Source: Eledone cirrhosa (lineage: Eukaryota). From it: a stretch of 64,000 nt of DNA. The stretch spans positions 94,860,001 to 94,924,000 of the forward strand of contig OZ024743.1 in NCBI GenBank assembly GCA_964016885.1. The letters are read 5' to 3'. Position numbers and translations under genes: made by a program. The number at the start of each line of letters is the position of its first letter. The first letter of the stretch is position 1. This document shows, one piece after another, positions 11,633 to 24,769 of this stretch. Under the pieces are notes generated by a model. It ran no database searches. It was not told the origin of the DNA and saw only the letters and a list, made by a program, of their open reading frames with translations.

Positions 11633-13738
11633 CGTAATTTTCGTAGAGGAAAGATGGTTTCTCCATCCCTTTTCACTTGATCGTCTGGTGAAGGGACCGT
11701 TGAATCGTCCCTTCGGCTGGTCGTCGGCACTTCTATGAGTATGTCGGAATATACTCTCCGGTTGAGAGTCCCTCCTAGGTCTCTGAAATCACCAACTGCT
11801 TTGGGGAATTTCGTTTTAATATTTGTGTATTGTTTCTGTGCTATTTTTAGCAGTATTACGTTAGTTGGCGTTTTGATTGGTGCTGGTATTATGTAGTCGT
11901 GCTGTGAAATATCTGTGTGTTCAATTATGTAAGTCATTAGTTTCTTGTTGTGTGTATTTATTGCCGTGCATTTGTTTTTCAGGGGGTGGGGTATGGTTCT
12001 GCTATTTTCTTGTCGTTGTTGCTGGGTGTGTGTGTTTTGTTGTTGTGTTTGCGATGTTGGTGCTTGTGGTGGTGGTGTTGAAGGTGTTGTTGTTGTTGGC
12101 GGTGGGGTTGTCGCCGGTGGTGATGGTGTTGGTGGTGTTGCTGCTGTGAGTCTCTTTGCAGTAGCCTTTACCCTTTTTTCATTTCTTTCCTCCCTTTTCG
12201 AAGGCGACGATGCGCTGCTTCTGCGTTTGTGCCTTCTTACGACCTTTTTCCATCCCTCTCCCACCTCACACTCCATGTCTGATTCTGTGAGGTCGGGGAG
12301 GGGTACCAGCTCCACTCTTTCACTTGTTGTTGTTGTTGATGTTTGCACTGGTGTCTCTGTTGCAGCTGCATTTGGTATTGCTGTTGTTGTTGTTAATACT
12401 TCCACTGCTGCTGCTGTTTTTGATTTCCGTGGCGTGGGTATGGGTGCCACGGACCTATCGTTCCGGGTTGGCGCTTGTCCTGTTGCTGGTAGCTGTGGAG
12501 CCGGTTTCGGAAGGAGGGGGGGTCTCCTTTCTCAGGGTCTTCTCGTTGCAGAAGGCCCTGAGGTGAGTCTTCGATCCACAGCGAAAGCATTTCGGGCGTT
12601 TGCCCTCAACACTTATAGGCAGTTGAGTGCCGTTATCGAAGTCTATCACATCCGGGATAGCTTCGATGCACTCCTGGTTGGTTTGGATTAACATCTCAAT
12701 GGAGGTGCCAACCCAATCTTCTCTTACTTTTTTTCTGTACTTGCAGTAAAGTTGTTTTGTCCTCGATTCCGACGAGGACAGACGCGGCCAGCCAAGAAGG
12801 GGCCATCCCGGGGGGGACGTGGGTCAGTTTGACCCTCACAATTTTTTGCCCGCAGTAGGGGGCACGAACACCATTTCCTCGCTCCTTAGCGTCACAAAGA
12901 TTGAGCCTTTGCCTCCTGGGGTGTGGCAAAAAGCACGTCTACGGTGGCATATTTCTTGCCTCGGGTGATGTGCGTTTTCCGCTGCCACACAGACCCTAAG
13001 GCTTTTTGTATTTGAGCCTCTGTGGCTCTTTCAACCCTACGGGATTTTGTGCTTACTGTACGGTACGTGACCGTACAGTGCTGTTGGGTTTCGAAAAATT
13101 TTTCGGCTGCCTTGCAGATTGCTCGGTGTCCGGTTTTTGTCACCATCTTCTTCGTTTCCTCTAATTCCTCATTTGTTATGAGGATGGTTTCCAGGTTCTT
13201 TGCGATACCTGCAAACGAGATTGGTTTTTCTTTGCTGCTGTTGTTGTTGTTGTTGTCGTCAGAGCTGCTGTTACTTTTGTTGTTGCTGCAGGTACTACGA
13301 CCACTGCCGCCGCCGCTGTTGCTGTGGTTGCTGTTGTTTATGCTGCTGCTGCTGTTGCTGTTGCTGCTAATGCTGTTGTTGTTTATGCTGCTGCTGATGC
13401 TGTTGCGGCTGCTACTGTTGTTTTCCTTGTCACTGTTGCTGGTGCTGCTGTTATTACGGCTGCTACTGCTATTTTTCCTGACGTCAGACGAATGAAATGG
13501 GTTTTCGTATTTCCCGCACACCTTTTTCGTCGTTGTCGTCGTCGTCGTGGAGAAATCTTGCACGCTTTGCACGTGATTTTTCTTTTCTGGCGTCGCTTGC
13601 GAAAGAGAAGGGGGGGAGGAGAGACACATTTAGAGAAGGGAGGGAGAGAGACAATATTCTCTCTGCTGTAGTGACGATTGAGGAAGAAGAAGACGGAATG
13701 AATGGGAGTGACCTATGAAAATTCTTTTTCGTAGCCAT
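11629..13738 (-). pseudogene. Tx1 ORF1 (gag-like, single CCHC knuckle), frameshifted
   Basis: KRPKCFRCGSKTHLRAFC; Ser/Asn- and Thr/Pro-rich tracts; upstream of ORF2. Confidence 0.85.
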
Positions 13739-14244
13739 GTTTTTTTTTTTGTTTAAAATAAATATTGGGCACAAAACCTCAATAAGCTGTTATTTAACCC
13801 CGAAGGGCCAAATAACGGGCAGATAGGCCCCTCTCACGAGGAGGAGGGTGTTTTTGTCTACAATTTGGTTAAAGTTTTAAACAATTTACAATTGTTATAG
13901 CGGTCAAAATTTACAATACCTTACAGAGCCGAGCCTCCGTCAACCATAGCATTCAACAATAATAATAATAATGATTTCATTTATTGGCCACAAGGGCCGG
14001 CATATAGGGGACAATACAAAAGACTGGGACAATGGGGTTTTACAGAAAAATCGAGTAAACAATATGAATAAACAAAGTAACAATAACAAAGTAACAATCA
14101 AGTAACAAGAAAATTACAAGAAAACATTCCCCAATAGGAGGGATGACAACCTAGGGTTCGCTGAGGTACCCCACTAGTCCTGAACGACCCGACGCTTCGA
14201 GAGAACCCTGGAAGAGCACCCCTCTCCTCTTCAAATTTACCTAC

Positions 14245-17200
14245 CTACAGCCGCATGACCAGAGTAGGCCCACTCACACTGGCCATTCTCGCCAAATTCA
14301 CCCACCTTTCAGCAAATGTACTGGGGGGAAGCACTTCTCTCTCCATCCTCACCTTCCTTTCCAAGTGAAACTTGAAAAAGTTGATGAGGGATTGGCCGAA
14401 GAGAAAAGTGTCTGTCTTCAGTCCTTTCAACCTCGTCCACCATACAAGCTCTTTCGCTACAGCCACCAGACAGAGGAAAATTGCCTGCCCTTCCTGGCCA
14501 AAAGAAGGCGGTCGATCATCACTATGGACTCGGCCGATAGTCTGATCCGTTCTACACGCAACAACAGCTGTTCAACATAACTCCACAAGTCAGTAATGCA
14601 CGGACACTGGACGAGTGCGTGCAGAACTGTTTCGTCGCTCTGCGCGCATCTCGGGCAGGTCCGTCTGACAGCACTTCCGTGCCTGTAGAGTTTATCTCGA
14701 ACCGGCAGTGCTCCCCGGTAGCACTCCAAGCGAGGGATTTTTGGAAATTATCCATCGTCCCCGACTCCAAAGTCCTCCGGTACAGACTGGTTAGTTCGAC
14801 TTCGTTGACTCCCAGAGCCTCTCCGAGTGCGTTGTCGCACTTGTCCACCACTAATCCTCTATAGAATTCGAGAGTGGAAGTTCCACTGACCGCATTGCCC
14901 AACTGATAGAGGGCAGTGAGTGCCTGGCAACATTCCAGATGCCAGTCACCCAGTCTCGGTCTCTTCTTGACCCAGGACTGCAGTTCAGTCAAAGAAACGA
15001 GCTGCGGAAAGGCCCGTCTGACAAACGGCGACCACACCTGTTCACCGTTTAGGCAGAATATCTGGAGATGCCGCAGCCTTAGCGCGTGCCTGCGCATCAT
15101 TAGCCACGGCATGCCCATCCCTCCACGTAGAGGGTGCTGGCAGCAGATGGACCGCCTCACCAGCGGAACCTGACCCCTCCACAAGAATTTGAAGAGGAGC
15201 CGCTCCAAAATGGCGAGGGGCGAACGGGGGCAAGGGACGACGGTCAGACGGTAGTAGGTGACGGACGCGATGTACGCGTTCGCCACCTCCGCCCGACCTT
15301 TCAGTGATAGCTTCATCCCAGCTTATTTCTGGGTGAGACTGGCTACCCTGCCCGTCACCTCGTCCCAATTTTTATCCACCTGGAGGTCTGGCCCGAAACA
15401 AACCCCTAGCAACTTTACCGGTCCGTCCGTCCAGCGCCTAACGACGCTGTTGGACGGCATGGACTTGCCTCTCCAGGTGCCGAGTTGCAAGCCCACCGAC
15501 TTTTCCGGGTTAAGTTTTGCTCCCGTCAACCTTTCATATTCCTCCAATAAGTTGCCGACCACCTCGATTTCTGAGGTGTCCGACACCATCACGGTGATGT
15601 CGTCCGCATAAGCCGACACAGCCTTTCCGCGTCCCGGTTCGAGCGGGATGCCCTGCAACAGCTCCAGCTTCCGCAGTAAAGGCTCGAGAGTCAATACGTA
15701 CAGAAGGGAGGAGAGAGGGCACCCTTGACGGACCTGAAACGGTTCCGAGACGTCGCCATTAATTTTTTACCATCGAGCAGGTGCCGCTGTGCATTGCAGC
15801 GATCCAGCTTCTGAAGACGGGGCCGAAGCCAGCCGCCTTGAGGACAGCCTCCAGGTACCGATGGTCGACCCTATCAAATGCTTTCGATTGATCGAAATTG
15901 ATCAGAGCCCCACCGAAGCCAGGTTTACACCCTACACTCTCTATGATGTATCGCATTAGGTAGAGGTTGTCGTCGGGGACCTGGTTGGGATTGCGCAAGT
16001 TTGCGCCTCCCCAACCAAATCCCCGACGACAAGCAACAACCTTTTCGCTAATACCCTGGCCAAAATCTTAAACTCTGTGTTGAGAAAAGTTATGGGCCTG
16101 AAATTGTCTAATGTGTCCCTCTTGTTCTCGTCTTTCCTTATCAGCGTCACTACGCCCCGGCTCACAGAACTGAGAATACTCCCGTTTTGCTGCCAATTGC
16201 AGTAGAGGGCTTCGAGGAGATTGGAGAACAAGTCTGGCATATTTACGTAAAGCTCGTAGAGCAGACCATCCAAACCGGGTGACTTGCGCCTCATGCAGCC
16301 GACAAGGGCATCCTGAATCTCGGCTGAAGTAATTGGTCTTTCGCAGCGCCCAGCGTCAGCCGTCGAGAGTTGCGGCAAGCCATCGAGGTAGGGGCTGAAG
16401 TCCGCCACCATCTCTGACTCGCCACTTCCCCCGAACAACCGAGCAAAATGTTGGCGAAAGGCCTCACACATCCTCTTGGAATCGCTCAGCTCGTGCCCGT
16501 CTCGGTCCGTCAAAGACCGAATCGTGGTTTTATTACCAAGCTGCGCCTCTGCCACCTTCGTGTTTCGCATTGAAGAAATGGTCTAATGCCATTCTCGCCA
16601 CTAGCCCGTCAGTTGCAATGCCACTACCAATAGCCCCGTCTAACTTATCTACCAATTCCCCTCCTTTCTATTTTTCTCTAACGCTACTTCTTTGCTAAAC
16701 TCTATCGACATTACTTCATCTCTCTTTTGAGAGCCCCCCACCATCTATTGTTGACGACTCCCCCTGTCAACTTTTTCTTAACTAAATTGTTGACCTGGTC
16801 CCTGTAAGCCTTACGAGCCTGAAATGACATGTTTAGCTTCCAGTAACCAGGTCCTAGCCTACGCGTCTTATCTAGGTCGACCATATAGATCACAAACTTG
16901 TGATCTGAATAGGCGACCGTTTCAAAACGTGGACAGCTTACACTATTTCTGTCTATTTTCCTAATGAATATCCTGTCTATATACGATCTAGATGACCCTA
17001 TGCGGTTAGCCCAGGTCCACACTGGCGTATTAGGGAAATCTAGTCGGTAACTGTCAGACAGTTGGAACTGGCTGATCAGGTTCTTGAGGCTTTTGCACCC
17101 CCTGCTCCTTTCGGACTCTCCCACACAGTCCCAGCGTGCGTCTAAGATGCCGTTCCAGTCCCCCGCTAACAGTAAAGGGCGAGACGTACCCAGAAAGGCT

Positions 17201-17581
17201 TCCAGGCGTCTAAAGAAGTCCGGCCGTCCTGCCCCCAGTAGGAGCATAGACGGCCACCAGTCTAAAGGCACCACCTTCGTTATTGTTAACGTCCAGGACC
17301 ACCAACTTCCCGTCCAGGTCCCGGAAGATCGACTTTACCTCGATATCCAGGCCTTTCCTAAACAGCACTGCCACCCCGGCTCCCATTCGCGGCCGGCTAA
17401 CAGATGCAAAGATCTGATAGTCGTCGAAAATGGGTGCTAGTGCGCGCGTGTCGGAAATCCTGGTCTCGCTGACTGCAATTACATCCATTTCTATAGACCT
17501 GAGGTCGTTGAGCAGGTGGCCCTGCTTCCAGGACGATCCCAGGCCTCGAACATTTAAACATCCTACTCTTAATACGACCAT
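14245..17581 (-). pseudogene. Tx1 ORF2 (APE + RT + CCHC), disrupted
   Basis: VGCLNVRGL, AVSETR, AGDWN, SDHK, KSPGLDG, DQSKAFDRVDH, SAYADD. Confidence 0.92.
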
Positions 17582-17614
17582 GTTGGCAGGTTAAAAAGAG
17601 AGAGAGGAAGGTTT

Positions 17615-17620
17615 ACTTAC
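17615..17620 (-). promoter_or_regulatory. Candidate 5' splice site (AAG|GTAAGT)
   Basis: 33 nt upstream of ORF2 ATG at 17581. Confidence 0.55.
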
Positions 17621-17645
17621 CTTCCGGGCTCTTGTGAAGGTCGGG

Positions 17646-19322
17646 TTATTCGACCTCCATAGTTGGTGGGGTTTCTTTTGGGAACCCCTTTAAAAGTCTT
17701 GAAGTGGGTTTTACGTTCGCGGTTCCCACGTCCCGAGGAAAGCTGTCTCGTATTTCTTTGAATATATCGAGCGACATTCGCACCAGAACCAAATCTTCCG
17801 GCACGCGAAATGTGCTCGATTTAAAAATGTCCCCCTCTTTTTGTATATTTTCACTTCGTGCTACGAGGGCCATCAGTTCCTTGTTGGCCCACATGACCAG
17901 CACGAAGTTTTGTATGTTTTGTTGGTGTGATTTTATTTGTTTGCGTGTTGTGGTGGTGATGGTTTTCGTGGTGGTGTTTCGGTTCTATCTGTGTTTGTTG
18001 TGAGTGCGGTGTCTGTGGTTTCAGATGTTTGTGTGTATATTTTTTTCTTGCGTCTGTTTAGGTTGTTTGCGTTTGGGGGATTCTGGTGATGGTGATGGTG
18101 GTGTTGATGTTGGTGTTATTGGAGAGATGTTTGCGTGGGTGGTATCTGCGTTTTTTATTGTGGGTGATTTTGTGCTTTGTTGAGTTTTTTTTTTCTTTTT
18201 GTGTTTCCTTTTTTGTATTTTGGGGGATTTGGGTTTTCCCTCATCTTCACTACTGGTAGATGAGGGTTCTGTGTCTGTAAGTGTGTCTGTATGTATGTTT
18301 ATGATTTTATTGGTGTGTGTATTTTTTGGGGGTAGGGGGGGGGATATGACAGCTTTCCTCGTTTCCCCCCTGGGTGGTCAATGTTGGTGGTGGTCTTTCT
18401 ATTGGTGTTGTTGTTGGTGGTTTTGCCGGTGCTGGTGTTGGTTGTTGTCCTCGCCCCGGCGTCTGCAGCAGTGGAACCTTTCGACCCCTTGTCTCTTTCA
18501 GCAGTTGAGGGCAGAAGACTCGCAAATGGGTTTTTTCCCCACAAACAAAACACTGCGGCCTTTTGCCTACGGTCATAATGTGAATGACCGTCCCATTCTG
18601 AAGGCGGATGTGGTCCGGGATTGTCTTCACATTCTCGGGCCTGATCTGGAGAAGGATCTCCAGGTCAACCCCGGACCAGTCCTCTCTGGCCGTTCTGGTC
18701 ACTTCTATAGGGACGGTATCCGTCTCCTCCACAATCACACATCCCAGAAGCCACCACATGTCAAGTCCTGGTTGGATTCTGGGAATGCGGAGACGGGCCG
18801 TTCTTTTTCCCATGTGGGAGGGGTACATTATGACCTTGATGGTTTTGCAAGGAGACATAGCGTGTTTCATAGCGAGGGCTTTTGACTTGAACAACACCGA
18901 AATGGTGCCGTACTGTCTGCCCCTCTCTATGTATTCGGTGTCTTCTCTGATGCAGCTCAGCGCGATTTCGACATCTTCTTGTGGGATTAAAGCTGCCTTT
19001 TTGGTTTGTGCTGAGATGTATCTAAAATGCACCGTTCTGCGCTCCACTGCCTCAATAGCTTCTTCCGGGACAGTTAAGTTGGCCCAGGTTTGCTCTTGCT
19101 TGATGAGCTTCTATGCCTGGGCATGTTGAAGCATGGCCTCTTTTTTGCTGCTGCCTCAGCGAAAGTGTTCTTGTTTTCGTTGGGTGTGTTGTTGTCGTTG
19201 TCGTTGTTCTTGTTGGTGTTGTTGTTACCACTGTCGCTGTTATCATTGTTGTCTTTGTTGCCACCGTTGTTCTCGGTGCAGTTGGTATTGTTGCTGTTGG
19301 TGTTGTCGCTATTTGTTTTCAT
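17646..19322 (-). pseudogene. Tx1 ORF1, disrupted
   Basis: KRPQCFVCGEKTHLRVFC knuckle; TFAEAA motif; Asn-rich N-terminus. Confidence 0.8.
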
Positions 19323-19639
19323 GTTAGTGGTGTTGATATTGTTGTTTTTTTTTTATCTGTATTTTCGTTGTCGCTGTTACTGTCATTTTTTTCAAATTAG
19401 AGTTCTCATTGGTATCATTGGTGTCTTTGTTTACATTGTTTGTGGTGGTGTTTGTGTTATCAATCTGTGTTAATTTCGCTGTAGCGCTCCTCTCAACTTC
19501 TACGTCGTTGTCACACGACAGCAGACATATCGCTGGGGGCGTGGCTCAACCATGATTTTTTTTTCTTCGTAAATTTTTTAACATGTAAAGAAAGTTCAAA
19601 TATTTGGGCAAAAAGGCCCAAATATTATACTTTCCCCTT

Positions 19640-21110
19640 CACATTCATCCACCTTTTAGCAAATGTACTGGGGGGGGGGGGGGGGCAGCATTTCTCTCTC
19701 CACCCTTACCTTACTTTCCAGGTGAAACTTGAAGAAGTTGATGAGGGATTGGCCGAAGAGAAAAGTGTCTGTCTTCAGTCCTTTTAACCTGGTCCACCAT
19801 ATAACCCCTTTCGCAACTGCCACCACACAGAGGAAAATTTCCTGCCCTTCCTGACCTAAGGAAGGCGGTGGATCGATCTTCACTATGGACTCGGCCGATA
19901 GCCGGATTCGTTCCACACGCGACAGTAGCTGTTCTACATAACTACACAAGTCAGTAATGCACGGACAAGTGCATGCAGAACGGTTTCATCGTTCTGTGCG
20001 CATCTTGGGCAGGTCCGTCTGACAGCACTTCTGTGCCTGTAGAGTTTATCTCGAACCGGCAGTGCCCCCCGGTAACACTGCCAAGCGAGGGATTTTTGGA
20101 AATTATCCATCGTCCCCGGCTTGAAAGTCCTCCGGTACAGACTGGTTAGTTCGACTTCGTTGACTCCCAGAGCCTCTCCGAGTGCGTCGTCGCACTTGCC
20201 CACCACTAATCCTCTATAGAACTCGAGAGTGGAAGTTCCACTGATCGCATTTCCCGCTTGGTAGAAGGCAGTGAGTGCCTGGCAACATTCCAAGTGCCAG
20301 TCACCCAGTCTCGGTCTCTTCTTGACCCAGGACTGCAGTTCAGTCAAAGAAATGAGCTGCGGAAAGGTCCGTCTGATAAACGGCGACCACACCTGTTCAC
20401 CGTTGAGGCAGAATATCTGGAGATGTCGCAGCCTCAACGCGTGTCTGCGCATCATTAGCCACGGCATGCCCAGCCCTCCGCGTAGAGGGTGCTGGCATCA
20501 GATGGACCACCTCATCAAAGGAACTTGTCCCCTCCACAAGAATTTGAAGAGGTGCCGTTCCAACTTGACGAGGCGCGGACGGGGCCAAGGAACGACGGTC
20601 AGGCGGTAGTAGATGACGGACGCGATGTACGCATTCGCCACTTCCGCGCGACCTTTCAGTGATAGCTTCCTCCCAGGCCATTTTTGGGTGAGACTGGCTC
20701 TCTGCTCGTTACCTCGTCCCAACTCTTTTCCACCTGGAGGTCTGGACCGAACCAAACCCCGAGCAACTTTACCGGCCCGTCCGTCCAGCGCCCCACAACG
20801 CTGTTGGACGGCATGGGCTTGCCTCTCCTGGTTCCGATCTGTCAGCCCACCGACTTTTCGTTAAGTTTGGCTCCTGTCAACCTTTCATATTCCTTCAATA
20901 AGGTGCCAACCACCTCGATTTCTGAGGTGTTCGACACCATCACGGCGATGTCGTCCGCATAAGCCGACACGGCCTTTCCACGTCCCGGTTCGAGAGGGAT
21001 GCCCTGCAACAGCTCCAGCTTCCTCAGTAAAGCCTCGAGAGTCAATACGTACAGAAGGGAAGAGCGAGGGCACCCTTGACGGACCGATCGGGAGAGCCGA
21101 AATGGTTCCC
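19640..21110 (-). mobile_element. Tx1 family 2 ORF2 C-terminal fragment
   Basis: highly similar to 14290-15730; RQGCP, SAYADD, CPRC. Confidence 0.9.
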
Positions 21111-23971
21111 ACAAGAAATCTACTTGGCAAGAGAACATCAATCGCCAAATAAACCTTCTTCGATCTGACATAGAAATTTTAACAAACTACAAAGTAGGTG
21201 AACATGTTAAACAAACTAAACTTAGAAAATTGAAAAGAAAATACAGTATAAAATCAACAATTGACATAGACATGCTGATAGAAATAATCAAGCAAAAAGT
21301 GTCGGCCAAAGCTTCTCGTATAAGGCGCTTTGACAAGCGATCTAGATTCTATAAGGACAATAATATGTTCAAAAACAACCAAAGAAACTTCTACAGAAAA
21401 ATTGGCAAGTCAATTACTGCTAAATCAATACCACCCAAGGAGGAAGTGCAAGAATTCTGGGAAAAGATCTGGGTCGAAGAAAAAGTTCATAATATACATG
21501 CCCCATGGATAGACAGACAAATGAAAGATACAGCTCACCTTCAGGAACAAATATAGGAAAATATAACAGTTGAACAGTTGCGTTTGGCTCTTAGAAAAAC
21601 CAGGAAAAGACAAAATACAAAATTTTTGGATAAATGCCTTCACAGAGTCTCATGAGCTGTTAGCCCAACTTTACAATGAAATAGTTAAGCAGCCAGAAAA
21701 GATACCATCATGGCTAGTTAACGGCATTACATTCCTACTTCCGAAGAATGATGAGACAAACAATCCCAAAAATTACAGACCGATAACTTGCTTGACCCCA
21801 ATGTATAACATTTTAACATCAGTCCTAACTTAATATACATATGACCACCTGATAACAAATGATCTATTTCCCAATGAGCAGAAAGGGTGTAAACGAGGCT
21901 CATATGGCTGTAAAAATCAGCTTTTGGTTAGCAAAATGATACTGGAAGATTGTCATAATAGACACAAAAGTCTATCAATTGCTTGGATAGATTATAAAAA
22001 AGCATTCGATAGTTTGCCACACAGTTGGATTGAAAAATGTTTAGAGATTTTCAAAATATCTCCCGTTGTCAGGAGGTTCCTATCATTCAGTATGAAGACA
22101 TGGAAAACGACACTCCTTTTGAATAGTGAAAAAAAATCACTGGAAGCTGGAGAAGTTAATATTAATTGTGGAATTTTTCAGGGTGACTCTTTATCACCGC
22201 TTTTATTCTGCACCGCACTTATACCATTAAGTAAAATGCTCAATGAAAAAAACATGGATATAAAGTCTATGACAAAACCATTAATCACTTCTACATGGAT
22301 CACCTGAAACTATTTGCAAACATGATGAACAATTGCAAGGGCTATTATCCACTGTGGAGCAGTTCAGTGATGACATTAAAATGGAGTTTGGACTAGATAA
22401 ATGCGCCAAAGCAACGTTCACCAGAGGAAAGCTGCTGAAAAGTTCAGACATTAATCTTGATCGGGGAATGTGATAAGAAAACTTGATAAAGAGGAAACTT
22501 ACAAATATCTAGGTGTTTGTGAATGAGACGGCATCAAGCACTCGACAATGAGGGAAAGGATAAGGAAGGAATGTTACCGCAGAGCAAGAGCAATCTTAAG
22601 AACGGAATTGAATGCAAGGAATAGGATCGATGCCATAAACACGCTTGCCATACCAGTAATAGCCTACAGTTAAAATGTCATCAACTGGTCAAGCACAGAG
22701 ATCCGTAGGCTCGATACAAAAATTAGAAAATTCTTAACCACAGAATGCATCACCCTAAGGCAGATACAGATAGAATATATCTCTCTAGGAAAGAAGGAGG
22801 ACGTGGGTTAATCCAGTTAGATATTGCTTTGAAAACTGCAACAATTGGATTATCTACATATCTAAGGGAATCACATGATTGGATGATCAAACTCGTTTTG
22901 AAACACGAAAGCACCAAAAGATCATACTCTATTACAAAAGATGCACAAAGATACAGTAATGGACTACAAATTTCAGAAGTTCCATTTACTGCTAAAATGA
23001 AAAACACAGAAAAAGCAAAGCAGGTAAAAGTAACTGCAAAGAAAGAACTGCTACAGAAACTGGCTAAGAAATGGCAAGAAAAGCCTCTGTATGGAAAATA
23101 CCCAGAAAGAGCTAACAATCCTGATGTTGACAAAACTTTAACCCTTCAGTGGTTGGCATCCTCTGGACTGAAATCGGAGACTGAAGGACTGATTATATCA
23201 GCACAAGATCAGTGTCTGCCAACAACAAATTACCAAGCCAACATAATAAAAAATGGATGTAACCCATTATGCCGTGTATGTAAAAAACAACCAGAGACCA
23301 TTGATCATATAATTTCAATGTGCAGTCCTATAGCTCCAACAGAATACCTAAACAGGCATGACAGAGCTGCACAATACATACATTGGATAATGTGTAAGCA
23401 TTTTGACCTGCCCCATCAAAAGAATTGGGGGGAGCATCAACCACCTCCCATACTTGAAAAAGATCACATCTCAATCTTGTGGAACTTTAGCATCCAAACA
23501 GACCGAAAAATAGATGCAAATAGACCTGATATAATACTGAAGGACTTTAAAAAGAGAGTATGCCTGCTAATTGATATGTCCGTTCCAATAGACAAGAATG
23601 TATCTATAAAAACATTTGAAAAATTGAGCAAGTATAAGGACCTAGAGATAGAAATTGGAAAAATGTGGAAATTGAGAACTAAAACAATACCAGTGGTTGT
23701 AGGTGCTCTAGGAATGATACCTAAGGGGTCTAATGATTACTTATCGCAAATCCCAGGAAACCCGCGTATAGGAAAAATACAAAAGATAGTACTAATGGGA
23801 ACTGCCCATATACTAAGGAAGATTCTGTCTATATAAGTACATCACAAGTCTAAACACCTAAAGATGCTTGTGTGTGTATGTATGTTCTTTCTTGAACATG
23901 GAGGACCTTGTTGTCTCTTGAGGTCACTGGTTGTAACTCGTATGAACATAAAGCAAGATAAATGCAACTGT
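21111..23971 (+). mobile_element. 5'-truncated R4/Dong-like non-LTR retrotransposon (RT + restriction-like endonuclease)
   Basis: NYRPITCL, AWIDYKKAFDS, GIFQGDSLSPLLF, CRVC..ETIDHIISMC, RHD, RPDII..LIDMSVP..EKLSKYKDL, IPVVVGALG; ends in (TAA)n. Confidence 0.92.
21230..23836 (+). pseudogene. RT-RLE ORF with stops and frameshifts (last 363 codons open)
   Basis: ORF segments 21230-21556, 21570-21833, 21924-22307, 22745-23836. Confidence 0.9.
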
Positions 23972-23992
23972 AATAATAATAATAATAATAAA

Positions 23993-24452
23993 CGATCAGG
24001 TGGGTGAAGGTGCTATGGGATTTTAGGATACAGACGGATAAGAAACTGGAACACAATAGGCCTGACCTGGTGGTTTTGGACAAGGAAAAAAGATCGTGCC
24101 TGATGGTAGATGTAGCCTGCCCATTTGACACGAGAGTACAAGAAAAGGAGAGGGAGAAAATTAACCGATACCAGGACTTAAAGTGGGAGGTAAAAAGGAT
24201 TTGGAACTGCCATGAAGTCAGAGTGGTCCCGATTGTCATAGGCGCACTAGGTACTATCTCAAAGAGTTTCCAATGATGGTTAAAGAAGATTAGTCCAACC
24301 CAGCTTTTTGGAACACTTCAAAAAGCATGCTTGCTGGGAACAGCAAGAATCCTCCGATACGTCCTGAATATCTGGGGCTGCTGGTAGCGGCTTGATATTC
24401 ATTTCAACAAACTTTCCAGTTAAATAACATCAATGACTGAGACTCAAAGAAC

Positions 24453-24454
<2 letters not shown>
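23993..24454 (+). mobile_element. 3' fragment of a second R4/Dong-like family
   Basis: VLWDFRIQTDKKLEHNRPDLVVLDK..VDVACPFD..EKINRYQDLK..VPIVIGALG; (TAA)n on both sides. Confidence 0.88.

Positions 24455-24536
<82 letters not shown>
24455..24536. repeat. (TAA)n microsatellite shared by tail-to-tail LINEs
   Basis: direct reading. Confidence 0.95.
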
Positions 24537-24538
<2 letters not shown>

Positions 24539-24769
24539 TTTCTTTATTAACCACAAGGGTTCACATAAAGTAGACATTAAGGACAGTGCAGGACAATACA
24601 GGACGGTACAAATGGGCATTTCTGCGTGTAAAAAAAGCCTAGAGGATTTAATAAAAAATAACAATGAAAAATTCCCCAATAGGGGGGAGACTTCCGAGGG
24701 ACATTTGTGGAGAAAGCCCATTAAAAGGCCACAGTGACCCTGACCACCAGGGCAAGTGCCCTCTCCCAG

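Larger units (their letters stand above)
7936..13954 (-). mobile_element. Full-length Tx1/L1-clade LINE, family 1 copy 1
   Basis: 5' UTR + ORF1 + ORF2 + 3' UTR ending CCTTGTGGTTAATAAAGAAA; both flanks (AAT)n; colinear with 24539-30502. Confidence 0.95.
13975..19527 (-). mobile_element. Near full-length Tx1-clade LINE, family 2
   Basis: ORF1 and ORF2 remnants, 3' end CCTTGTGGCCAATAAATGAAA in (AAT)n. Confidence 0.92.
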
